Below are positions 17,070 through 25,207 of a stretch of DNA of 30,421 bases, piece after piece. Position 1 is the stretch's first letter. Every line of letters starts with the position of its first letter. This DNA is from a virus (taxonomy: Duplodnaviria; Caudoviricetes), in the IMG/VR virus record IMGVR_UViG_3300009634_000151, positions 1-30,421 of that record. One strand, 5' to 3'. A program made the position numbers and the translations under genes. Under the pieces are notes generated by a model that made no database searches, was not told the origin of the DNA, and worked only from the letters and a program-made list of their open reading frames with translations.

Positions 17070-18041
17070 TTACGCCAGCGCGCACCTCTGGTGCTGCAGC
17101 GCCTCTCCGATGATGCCGTTGTATGCGCCGGTCCAGACGTAGGCGGCGCCCAGCACCAGCTCGTTCCGCTGCGGGGGCCTCAGGTTCAGGTCCTCCCACT
17201 CGCCGCGCTTGTTCTTCCCGCCGGGCAGGGAGACGTAGTATGACGTGTTCGCAATCTTCGTCGTGGTGATCACCGTGCCGATGTTGTAGACGACCTGGTT
17301 GGCGTTCACATTCGGCATCGAAAAGCTCGATGCCATGGCCCGGAGGACCCGGCCTCTCAGCGTCGGGTTGCAGGTGATCGTGAAGATCGAGTTCTCGTCG
17401 ACCGGGTAGCCGGCGGCCTGGAGGTTGACCAGGATGTTGGCGCAGGCGGTGTTGATCGTGGTGACATCGTCCGTAACGTAAGCCTGGTTGATGCCGGCGG
17501 CGAGGGCCGCCAAAAGCCCGTAGAAGATCACGGCCTTCTTGTCGAACCACCTGCGGACGGTATCGGCGGCCAGGTCGTCGATGAGGTAATACTTATTGAA
17601 GCGGATCCAGTCGTCGAGCAGGTTGTAGCCCCCGATGAACCGGAGCATGCCGACGTTCGTGAGGGCGGAGGTCGGGATGTTCGACAAGCTCGCTTCCTCG
17701 CCCGGCTGGCGCTGGTAGAAGGTCACGCCGCCCGTCACGTCGAGCATGTCGAAGCTGTCGATCTGGCTCGCCCGCATGTCGACCTCGTCGAAGAGCATCT
17801 CGTACCCGCGATCGGGGAACTTGATCGTATCGCTCATGACGAGGATGACAGGGACCGGCCCCATCAAGTTCGGGTCGGCGGCGGAGATCTTCTGGCCCTG
17901 ATAGGCCAGGCCGGGCACCTTCGAGGCCTGAATCCCCTTGATGAACGTATTCAGCGCGGCGACGATCGCGTCCCTGCGCTCCGTCTGCGGGATGCCGTCA
18001 ATCTTTTTCCAGTCGAAAATTTTCTTTCCGTAGAGTTCCAT
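17070..18041 (-). CDS. Major capsid protein, putative
   Basis: 323 aa, AAGGAGG SD, downstream of protease/decoration genes and upstream of neck genes; no diagnostic motif verified. Confidence 0.7.
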   Translation of the reverse strand: MELYGKKIFDWKKIDGIPQTERRDAIVAALNTFIKGIQASKVPGLAYQGQKISAADPNLMGPVPVILVMSDTIKFPDRGYEMLFDEVDMRASQIDSFDMLDVTGGVTFYQRQPGEEASLSNIPTSALTNVGMLRFIGGYNLLDDWIRFNKYYLIDDLAADTVRRWFDKKAVIFYGLLAALAAGINQAYVTDDVTTINTACANILVNLQAAGYPVDENSIFTITCNPTLRGRVLRAMASSFSMPNVNANQVVYNIGTVITTTKIANTSYYVSLPGGKNKRGEWEDLNLRPPQRNELVLGAAYVWTGAYNGIIGEALQHQRCALA

Positions 18042-18084
18042 GGCCTTCTGTGCCCTCCTTTGATCGATTTCGCGTTTATGCGCT

Positions 18085-18214
18085 GTTCAATGTTGCCCCT
18101 TCGGGGCTGTTCAAGGTTCTATGTTCAACGTTCAATGTTGAACCTCGATCTTTTTTAAAACCTTGAACTTTGAACCTTGAACTTTGAACATCCCTGAACC
18201 CTGAACCTTAAACA
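18085..18214 (-). repeat. Heptamer palindromic element (family A)
   Basis: Arms plus GCCCCTTCGGGGC mini-hairpin, upstream of the capsid gene. Confidence 0.9.
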
Positions 18215-18278
18215 TGTTGCGGTGCCATTCCTCGAAGAGGTGTGGCTCCGTTCCCGGCTTGCCGTTTATGTCAGGGCC

Positions 18279-18324
18279 AAAAAAAGGAAGGCTGCGAGAG
18301 GTTGGGCTCCCAACAGCCTTCCTT
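18279..18324 (-). terminator. Intrinsic terminator-like / attenuator hairpin
   Basis: Minus strand AAGGAAGGCTG...CAGCCTTCCTT (11-bp stem, inner GTTGGG/CCCAAC hairpin) followed by a T run. Confidence 0.6.
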
Positions 18325-18378
18325 GATTTATCCTCGGGTTGATCAGACCTTCAGATGGCCCGGTTTTCTTCTAGGTCC

Positions 18379-19044
18379 TCATATGATCTCCTCTTCGTTC
18401 ACGAGTCCCCTGACCCGCCCTGGAGCGCCATAGACGACCGCGAAGGGCGGCACGTTTTTCGTCACGATCGCGCCGGCGCCGACCACCGCATTTTCCCCTA
18501 TGGTCACGCCCGGCAGTACGAGGACCCCTATCGCGATCCTGGCGCCCCTTTTGATCGTGTAGCCTTTCGGCACGAACTCTTTGAGGTGGCGCCGCTGGTG
18601 GAGCATGTCGGGGTCGTTCGCGCCGATGAAGCCCGGGGCGATGAAAACCTTGTCCCCGATGGTCGCGCCTTTCGTGATGTGGCACTGGGCGTGGATGAGG
18701 CAATCGTCCCCGACCGAGCATTCTCCCTCGAAGACGGTCAGGTGGCCGATGACGGTCCTGTTGCCGATCTTCGTCCCCGGCCGCATCACGACGTAATGGC
18801 CGATGAAGCAGTCTTCGCCTATTTCGCAGCCTTCCTGGATGACGGCCGTGGGCTCGATGCGCGTCCCCCGGCCGATCTTTGCGGGCCGATAACGGTTGTG
18901 TGCGGATTCGACGTTACCAGAATTACCGGCGGGCGTCCCATGAGATTCGGGTCGGCCCCCGAAGATAACCTTGAGTTTTTCATTCAGCACCTTCAAAGGA
19001 CTGTTCAATGTTCGATGTTCAACGTTCAATGTTAAGACCCTCAT
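18379..19044 (-). CDS. Hexapeptide-repeat (left-handed beta-helix) acetyltransferase
   Basis: IGRGTRI, IGEDCFIG, IGDKVFIAPG, IGENAVVGAGAIVTKNVP...YGAPGR; the ATG lies in the loop of an element. Confidence 0.9.
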   Translation of the reverse strand: MRVLTLNVEHRTLNSPLKVLNEKLKVIFGGRPESHGTPAGNSGNVESAHNRYRPAKIGRGTRIEPTAVIQEGCEIGEDCFIGHYVVMRPGTKIGNRTVIGHLTVFEGECSVGDDCLIHAQCHITKGATIGDKVFIAPGFIGANDPDMLHQRRHLKEFVPKGYTIKRGARIAIGVLVLPGVTIGENAVVGAGAIVTKNVPPFAVVYGAPGRVRGLVNEEEII

Positions 19045-19089
19045 CCTCTCTCCCGAACCTTGAACTTTGAACTCTGAACCTTGAACCTT
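19003..19089 (-). repeat. Heptamer palindromic element whose loop contains SD plus ATGA stop/start
   Basis: Loop GGGAGAGAGG-ATGA-GGGTC. Confidence 0.9.
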
Positions 19090-19090
19090 C

Positions 19091-20068
19091 TCATAGGATC
19101 TCCTGATACACCTGGATCATTGCCGTGGCCGTCGCGCCGATGTCGGGGACCGTCTCTTTCTGCCTGGGCTCGACATCGCCTTTGAGTATCGCAACGAGCT
19201 CTTTGGCCATCTCCCGCTGGTCGCCTTCGGAGATCCAATAATCGGAATAGGGATTGCCGCGGTAGGAGATCGTCTTTGCGCCCGAGGCGTTCGCCTCCAG
19301 GCAGAGGCGGTTGAAATCGCCGTACCTGACGAGGCCGATGAAATAATCGGTCGAGCAGAAGGCGTTGCGCAGCTCTTCCGGGCTGAAATAGATGCCGCTC
19401 ACCACGGAATGGAAAGCCGCACCGTTGCGGTTGATGAGGGGAAAGAACCAACGGTGCAGATTGTTGGGAAGATAGGCGACGTGGAGGAAGCTGCCGGGTA
19501 CCTCGGGCCATACCCACGGCCACGCGATAAAGAGGTCGAGGGGCCACTTCATGTAGTGGCAATTCTCCGCCGTGAAGAGGCTCACGTCCCCGAGGTATTT
19601 GCCGCGGCTCTCGACGGGCTTCCAGAACGTCTTTTCCACGCCCATGGGGATGAGGCGCACCGTCATATTTTTGTCGCAGAGGGACTGCCATATCGCCGCC
19701 TGGCGGTCCCAGAACGTCACTGCCGCGTCCGCGTGCTGCAGCCAGTATTGGTTGAGCATCCAGCCGTCGCCGGCGCCGTAGCCTTTGTTGCTCGTGGCCT
19801 CGACGGAGGACTGGAAGGAATGCTCCACGGAGCCGTGGGCGACCCATACCAGCCTGAGGGGCTTCGAGATCCTCTTCCTCATCGCGTCCGGGAAATGCGT
19901 GTGGATCACGTGGACGTCCGCGTCTTCGGCGATGTCGTAGCCGGACTGGGGGCCCTGGGGATCGACAAGGCACGAGTGCATGCCGGCCAGGAGCTCCGCC
20001 TTCATCAGGGATGCGGCTACGTGATGCATCCCTGAGTTGTTCGTAATCGTCCAGTGGGCTATCTTCAC
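19091..20068 (-). CDS. Glycosyltransferase, GT-B (GT4-like)
   Basis: MKIAHW...SG, DVHVIH, IPMGVE..FW, GDFNRLCLEANASGAKTI, ends MIQVYQEIL. Confidence 0.75.
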   Translation of the reverse strand: MKIAHWTITNNSGMHHVAASLMKAELLAGMHSCLVDPQGPQSGYDIAEDADVHVIHTHFPDAMRKRISKPLRLVWVAHGSVEHSFQSSVEATSNKGYGAGDGWMLNQYWLQHADAAVTFWDRQAAIWQSLCDKNMTVRLIPMGVEKTFWKPVESRGKYLGDVSLFTAENCHYMKWPLDLFIAWPWVWPEVPGSFLHVAYLPNNLHRWFFPLINRNGAAFHSVVSGIYFSPEELRNAFCSTDYFIGLVRYGDFNRLCLEANASGAKTISYRGNPYSDYWISEGDQREMAKELVAILKGDVEPRQKETVPDIGATATAMIQVYQEIL

Positions 20069-20213
20069 CGCTGCGCTCCAAAAGGCTGTTCAAGGTTCAA
20101 TGTTCGATGTTCAACGTTAAAACCATCCTCCCTTTCCTGAACCCTGAACTTTGAACTCTGAACCTTGAACATCTCTATGCTCTATGCTCCATGCTGCTCT
20201 TGCTCTATGCTGC
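20069..20213 (-). repeat. Heptamer palindromic element (A plus B arm)
   Basis: Arms around loop GGAAAGGGAGGATGG. Confidence 0.9.
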
Positions 20214-20215
20214 TT

Positions 20216-20974
20216 TTAAAACCCGCTCCATGTGGCGGACTTGGCCGCGCTGTCCAGCTTGCTCATGGCAGCGGAGGCAACGAGGGCCGTCGATATGGCT
20301 GCGGACACCTGTGCCGCCAGCGAGGCGGCTGCCGACGCGGCGGCGCTTGCGTTGGCAGAATTGCCGGCGGAATCCTGGGCCACGACGGAGGCCGCCTCGG
20401 ATAGCGCGGCAGAGTTTCCGCTTGAGACCTGAGTTGCCACGGATGCGGCTTCCGAGAGCGCGGCGGAGTTCCCGCTTGAGACCTGAGTTGCCAGAGAGGC
20501 CGCCTTGCTGTCCGCGATGCTCTTGTTCGTCGACTCGGTCGTCGCGACGGATACGGCCTGGCTCTCGGCCGTGGAGACGAGGGCGGCGGCGCTTGTCGCC
20601 TTGGACTGGGCGACGGCGTCGGTGCCGAACACGGCGTAGGGGTAAAGCATCATCACGATCTCGGTGTCCGCGTTCTGGTTCTGCAGCAGGCATATGCCGC
20701 AGAGCGTGTTGCCGGCGGGCGTGGTCGTTATGTTGCTCGCGTTGTTGTCCCAGTAGCAATCGTCGCCGGGGGCGAAAGAAACGCCGGTCGCCTTCGGGAA
20801 CCCTACTTTCCCGAAGTACATGTAGCCGATCTCCACGCCTGCGCCGGCGGCGAGCAGGGCGACCAGGACAATTGCGTTCTGGAGGACGATCTGGTTGGCG
20901 ACTACGGCCGATCCATTAGCCAGGGCCAGGGTCCGCACGTTCCGCATTTCATCTTTTATTATCGCAAGGCTCAT
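20216..20974 (-). CDS. DUF2190-like capsid decoration/cement protein with Ala/Ser-rich C-terminal extension
   Basis: FPKATGVSFAPGDDCYWD...TTT..GNT.CG motif; tail with 18-aa repeat AASxATQVSSGNSAALSE. Confidence 0.75.
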   Translation of the reverse strand: MSLAIIKDEMRNVRTLALANGSAVVANQIVLQNAIVLVALLAAGAGVEIGYMYFGKVGFPKATGVSFAPGDDCYWDNNASNITTTPAGNTLCGICLLQNQNADTEIVMMLYPYAVFGTDAVAQSKATSAAALVSTAESQAVSVATTESTNKSIADSKAASLATQVSSGNSAALSEAASVATQVSSGNSAALSEAASVVAQDSAGNSANASAAASAAASLAAQVSAAISTALVASAAMSKLDSAAKSATWSGF

Positions 20975-20999
20975 GTTCTATCCTCCTTTATTTTCTTTG

Positions 21000-22619
21000 T
21001 TACGCGGTCGTCACCGCTTCTTTCGTCTCTTTCGGGACGAGCGGGTTGTCTTCCTTCCAGCTCTTGGCCTCGCCGCCCTCCCCGGTCTTGTCCTGCCGCA
21101 TGTCGCCGTTCAGCTCGCCCTTGGTCTTCGGGAATTTCTCGTTTACCCGGGCCTGGAGGTGGGCGACCTCGGATTTCAGGAAATCGACGGGGTAAGCGAC
21201 GATCACGTCCTTGACGACCTTCTGGGCCTCCGGCGTCTCCGCGCATTCTCCGAGCTTCGCCTTATACATCACGTACGACGTGACGAGGCCGTCGCGGTAG
21301 GCCTTGCCGTCATCGGCCAGCGGGGTAAGCGCCGCGATGCGCGCCTCGAACTCGGCGATTCTCGTTTTCTGCGTGCCTACCTCGGTGTCCTTCGCTTCAA
21401 CGAGCGCCTTTATTTCGCCAAAGAGTTTTTCCTCGTCTTCGGTGAATGCCTTGCCGAAAGCTGCCGCTAGTTTTGCGACCAGGTTCTTCATGGTTCCGGT
21501 CCCTCCTTTGTCGGGATTTTTGTATTCTTCGCCCCAATCCTCAAAATCGAGTCCCTTTGGAGGAGGGGTCTGTTTGAACAGCGCATATTCTTTGGACAGG
21601 TGATTGTAGACGCCGTCCTGGTCGGCGGCCGGGATGTCGACGCCTCCCCTGCCGCCGTGAAGGGCGGCCATGGCGCCGTGGACGCCGTTCCAGACGACCC
21701 GGAGCTCCCCGCTGACGACGTCGTGATGGGGGAGCTTGTAAGAGCCGAAGGCGTGAGGGTTCTGGTCGTCGAACCAGGCGAAGGCCTTCGCATACTTCGT
21801 CCAGTCGACCTTGTCTTTGTCGCCGGAGCCGTCGGAAGATGCCCACTTCGCGACCGCTGCCCGGGAGGCCGCGCCGTCCCATGCAGTGCGGGGGTCCGCC
21901 ATTGGCGTCGTGTGAAAGGCGACGACCCTTTTCTCGTAAAGCGGATGGGGGGACACGCCTCTCGCCTCTTGTCCTTCGGAGGGGTTTCCCCCCCCCAATT
22001 CCTTGGACGATGCGCCCTGCTGGGCCCCGAGGTAGACGTAGGACCCTTCGGTCATCTCGCCCCTGCCCCGGTACTCGCAATAGAGGTGGTTGCCCATGTC
22101 GTCGCATACGGGCACGAGCGTCTCCGCGCGGAAGCCGATGGAGGTAAAATCGAAGACGCCCGCGTCGATCTTCACGATCGTCTGCTTGTCGACGGCGGCC
22201 CTGGGGATGTAATACCACGGGCTGAGGAACATGACCTGGTCGACGGTAGGGGGGAGCCTGAAGGTCTCCCCGGTCGCCTTTTCGGCTTCCGCAGGAGACA
22301 TTTTCTCGATCTCGACGTCAAAGAACTTGCCCAGGGCGCTCCGGGAGGTATCGTACTTGTCGTGGTCCATGAGGAGCGTCTTTCTAACGGCGGTCGCCGC
22401 AAAGTTCGCGATCATCCCCTCGGTAAACCGCTCCTCGTCCCTGTCTATGGCGTTGTGGGCGAGGCGCATCTGGCGCACGTAAAGCTCGTCTGCCGCGAAG
22501 GCGCGCTTGGTGAGCAGGTTGATCTTCGCGAGCTGCTCGGCGGTGGGGGTGGTATCGGCGCCGGCGGCGCTGTCCTGCTTCGACCCCATAAAGCGAAAGG
22601 TCTTTATCCCGGTTTTCAT
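21000..22619 (-). CDS. Prohead protease / scaffold fusion
   Basis: HK97-type protease motifs LMDHD, TSIGF, EGSYVYLGAQ; central WDG...YKLPHHDV...GGRGGVDIP domain; C-terminal coiled coil. Confidence 0.75.
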   Translation of the reverse strand: MKTGIKTFRFMGSKQDSAAGADTTPTAEQLAKINLLTKRAFAADELYVRQMRLAHNAIDRDEERFTEGMIANFAATAVRKTLLMDHDKYDTSRSALGKFFDVEIEKMSPAEAEKATGETFRLPPTVDQVMFLSPWYYIPRAAVDKQTIVKIDAGVFDFTSIGFRAETLVPVCDDMGNHLYCEYRGRGEMTEGSYVYLGAQQGASSKELGGGNPSEGQEARGVSPHPLYEKRVVAFHTTPMADPRTAWDGAASRAAVAKWASSDGSGDKDKVDWTKYAKAFAWFDDQNPHAFGSYKLPHHDVVSGELRVVWNGVHGAMAALHGGRGGVDIPAADQDGVYNHLSKEYALFKQTPPPKGLDFEDWGEEYKNPDKGGTGTMKNLVAKLAAAFGKAFTEDEEKLFGEIKALVEAKDTEVGTQKTRIAEFEARIAALTPLADDGKAYRDGLVTSYVMYKAKLGECAETPEAQKVVKDVIVAYPVDFLKSEVAHLQARVNEKFPKTKGELNGDMRQDKTGEGGEAKSWKEDNPLVPKETKEAVTTA

Positions 22620-22897
22620 ATCTTCATCCCTTTTTGCCGCAGTGTTTTAATGACGTCCTGGCCGCGGACGGCGCCGGAGCTGGCGGCGGGGAGGGGCACT
22701 TCCTTCTTCGCGGCCTCCTTGGCCTCCAGGGCCGCGAGGTCCCGGGCGTCCTGTTTTTTCCGGTCTTCCGCGTCAATGGCGGCCACGATGTCCGAGCCGC
22801 TGACGGCGCCGGAGCGAGGAGCGGCGGGGGAGCGGGGAGGGGCTGCAGCAGTTGCCCTGGTAAACTTCCCTGTCTTGTCCTTCGCTTTGGTCGCCAT
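22616..22897 (-). CDS. Small basic Ala/Lys-rich protein
   Basis: 93 aa, GGAGGG SD, ATGA-coupled to the protease; internal repeat SGAV.G.D. Confidence 0.7.
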   Translation of the reverse strand: MATKAKDKTGKFTRATAAAPPRSPAAPRSGAVSGSDIVAAIDAEDRKKQDARDLAALEAKEAAKKEVPLPAASSGAVRGQDVIKTLRQKGMKI

Positions 22898-22900
22898 CTG

Positions 22901-23026
22901 TCAACCCTCCGTTTTCGCGGCGGTGGCTGCCTTCTCGCCTTCTACGGCGAGACCGGCAAACTGTTTCTTCTTGCCGGTGGTCACCTTCCCGATTTTCTCC
23001 GTTTTACCCTTGGCCTTAGTCGCCAT
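22901..23026 (-). CDS. Small basic protein (41 aa), N-terminus paralogous to the next gene
   Basis: MATKAKGKTEKIGKVTTGKKKQFAGLAVEGEKAATAAKTEG*; GGAG SD. Translated by hand. Confidence 0.65.
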   Translation of the reverse strand: MATKAKGKTEKIGKVTTGKKKQFAGLAVEGEKAATAAKTEG

Positions 23027-23039
23027 CTATCAACGCTCC

Positions 23040-23097
23040 GTTCAATGTTCGATGTTCAATGTTCAACGTTAAAACCCCCCTCTTTACCAAACCTTAA
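23040..23097 (-). repeat. Heptamer element, 3' arm plus loop (5' arm decayed)
   Basis: Plus strand GTTCAATGTTCGATGTTCAATGTTCAAC followed by a pyrimidine-rich loop. Confidence 0.8.
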
Positions 23098-23162
23098 GCT
23101 ATGTTAAAAATCACTGTAGCGCGGAAGAGTGAAATGGGCTGGTAAATCGTTGCAATATTTTT

Positions 23163-23294
23163 GCCCCTTCGCGGGGCGGTTCTATGTTCGATGTTCAAGG
23201 TTGCCTCCCTTGGGGGCGTTCAAGGTTCTATGTTCAATGTTCAAGGTTGGACGCCTTGGGGGCGTTCAAGGTTCTATGTTCAATGTTCAAGGTT
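23163..23294 (-). repeat. Heptamer element, family-A 3' arm downstream of the bracketed gene
   Basis: Three blocks of GTTCTATGTTCAATGTTCAAGGTTG-like units separated by GC mini-hairpins. Confidence 0.85.
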
Positions 23295-23306
23295 GGACGC
23301 CTCGCA

Positions 23307-23636
23307 TTAAGTCCATTTTTGCCAGCTCCAAAACTCCTTTGATCGGAGCGTCAAGGTCGTCCCGAGCGAAACCACAATCTCCACCAGGTTGCAGAAATAA
23401 TGGGAGAGATTGCAGCAGACGGACCAAATGCAACGACCTATTTTGTGGATGAGGACGTATTCGACGGCTTCGTGCGTGATCGCTCCGGCCCGTTGAAGTG
23501 CCAGCCGGTTCTCGGGAGCCGGCGCGTAGAGATAAATCGTACCGTCGGGCATCCACGCGGCGGTCTGCTCTGCCAACCATAAATTCTGGTACTGGTCGAC
23601 GAGATGAAGGTTTTCCTCGGTGATGATGACTCTCAT
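23307..23636 (-). CDS. Hypothetical protein with THEAVE (HExxE) motif, lying between the two arms of an element
   Basis: ATG at 23636 preceded by AAAGAGG; MRVIITEENLHLVDQY...GTIYLY...ITHEAVEYVL... Confidence 0.6.
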   Translation of the reverse strand: MRVIITEENLHLVDQYQNLWLAEQTAAWMPDGTIYLYAPAPENRLALQRAGAITHEAVEYVLIHKIGRCIWSVCCNLSHYFCNLVEIVVSLGTTLTLRSKEFWSWQKWT

Positions 23637-23640
23637 CCTC

Positions 23641-23746
23641 TTTACCGAACCTTGAACCTTGAACTTTGAACCTTGAACATCCGTAAGCCTTGACCCCTTT
23701 CTCTTTACCGAACCTTGAACCTTGAACTTTGAACCTTGAACATCCG
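23641..23746 (-). repeat. Heptamer element, duplicated family-A 5' arm
   Basis: 43-bp direct duplication (23641-23683 and 23704-23746); supplies the C-terminus and stop of the ATP-grasp gene. Confidence 0.85.
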
Positions 23747-25069
23747 GGATCTCTGGTGGCGCGGGCCGAAGTTCAAGAGGTCGGAGGCGTTCTTCGCCGG
23801 CGGCGCCGTCGACGGTCCGCCGAAAGCAAAGTCCTTTCCGAGCGTGTTGAGCTTCTCGACGGTTTTGTTCATCTCCCGAATAAAATCGCCGTCGAAATAA
23901 ATGTTGTTGCACTGGATCTCCCGGGCCACCCGGCCGGCCGAGTCGAGGGAGGCTTGGTACGTGTCGCCCTGGCCGAGGGCCGTCGCCACGACCGTATCCC
24001 CCGGGACGAACCAGTAATCATCTTCCTTGAAAGCGCAGCGGCGGAAGCCGACCTGGGGCTTCAGTTCCTTCGGGAAGCGGATGGCGCGGAAGAGCTTATC
24101 GTCGTCGGTCGCTACCGTGATCTGGCTGGCATAATCATAGCCGCCTGAGATCTGGACCTCCACGTCCTCACCGTGCGCGACCTTCCAGACGAGCTCGTTG
24201 TAATTCGAGATGTAGTGCGCCTGCAGGCTCGAGCAGGGGAAGGGGAGGCGCGCCGTCGGGTCGATGGCGTAGACGCGCTCGCCGTCCCAGAGGAACTCCA
24301 TCGAGATGTTGCCGCGATAGCCGGAATCGGCGAGGGACTTCTGCATCTTCTGAAAAAACTCTGTCTCGATGCCGTTCGTGTCGATCCAGTGGGCCGTGGT
24401 CCCGGAGCCCTTGATCTCGATCGTGTAGGCGAAGGGGCGGATGAATTCCCTGCCGTTGAAAAAGGCGTCGAAGCCTACTTCGATCCCCGGGGACATCAAG
24501 TTGATGAGGAACCAGAGAGAGTCGAGATACGGGCCGAAGTTCGCCTGGGTGAGGGCAGTTTGGGCCTCGAGGACGGTTGAGACGTCCTTGGTCGGGAAGT
24601 TGCCGCGATATTTGCCGACCTTGAGGAAAAAGCGGAGCTTCTTGAGAGGGTCCTTCTCGTCCTTGTCCTCGTGGGCTTCGATGAAGTCGAGGACGCCTTT
24701 CATCCCGGTGACGACCTCGCCGTCGGGCACGCCTATGCCCATGCCCTTGAGGGCCTTCCAGCCGTAAACGCGGTCGTTCTCGATGCGCGTCCACTCGGCG
24801 GAGGGTCCGAATACCGCGATGCCCTTTTTGCGCAGGCTGTCCGCGAGGCCCCCGAGGAAGCAGTCGACGATATAGACCATGTCGACGTCGTAGAGGACCG
24901 AGCCGAAGTCTTCCACGTAGGTGAGCGGGAAGCCGTCGCCCGATATCTGGTCCTGGAGGTATGGGTAAGCGCCGGAGCCGCCGGGGCAGTGGAAGACCTT
25001 GTAATCCTCGGCGAGCTTGACGGCGTGGTCGAGGGCGAGGTTGTTGTCGATGAAGAGTATGCTTTTCAT
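23705..25069 (-). CDS. ATP-grasp ligase, PurD (GAR synthetase)-like
   Basis: LADSLRKKGIAVFGPSAEWTRIENDRVYG..., GIEVGFDAFFNG, GYRGNISME, IDPTARLPFP. Confidence 0.75.
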   Translation of the reverse strand: MKSILFIDNNLALDHAVKLAEDYKVFHCPGGSGAYPYLQDQISGDGFPLTYVEDFGSVLYDVDMVYIVDCFLGGLADSLRKKGIAVFGPSAEWTRIENDRVYGWKALKGMGIGVPDGEVVTGMKGVLDFIEAHEDKDEKDPLKKLRFFLKVGKYRGNFPTKDVSTVLEAQTALTQANFGPYLDSLWFLINLMSPGIEVGFDAFFNGREFIRPFAYTIEIKGSGTTAHWIDTNGIETEFFQKMQKSLADSGYRGNISMEFLWDGERVYAIDPTARLPFPCSSLQAHYISNYNELVWKVAHGEDVEVQISGGYDYASQITVATDDDKLFRAIRFPKELKPQVGFRRCAFKEDDYWFVPGDTVVATALGQGDTYQASLDSAGRVAREIQCNNIYFDGDFIREMNKTVEKLNTLGKDFAFGGPSTAPPAKNASDLLNFGPRHQRSRMFKVQSSRFKVR

Positions 25070-25087
25070 GTTATGTCTCCGGTGGGA

Positions 25088-25202
25088 AGCAGAGAGCAGA
25101 GAGCAAAGGGCTGTTCAATGTTCGATGTTCAACGTTGAACCCTGAACCTCGAACCTTGAACATCTCCATGCTCCATGCTGCTTTTGCTCCATGCTCCATG
25201 CT
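25088..25202 (-). repeat. Heptamer palindromic element, nested B-A-A'-B'
   Basis: Fills the portal / ATP-grasp junction. Confidence 0.9.
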
Positions 25203-25207
25203 GCCGT

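Noticed and set aside
23100-23165. Late promoter in the AT-richer gap upstream of the small basic genes
   Set aside because: Only weak -35/-10 matches with unconvincing spacing; cannot be supported from sequence alone.
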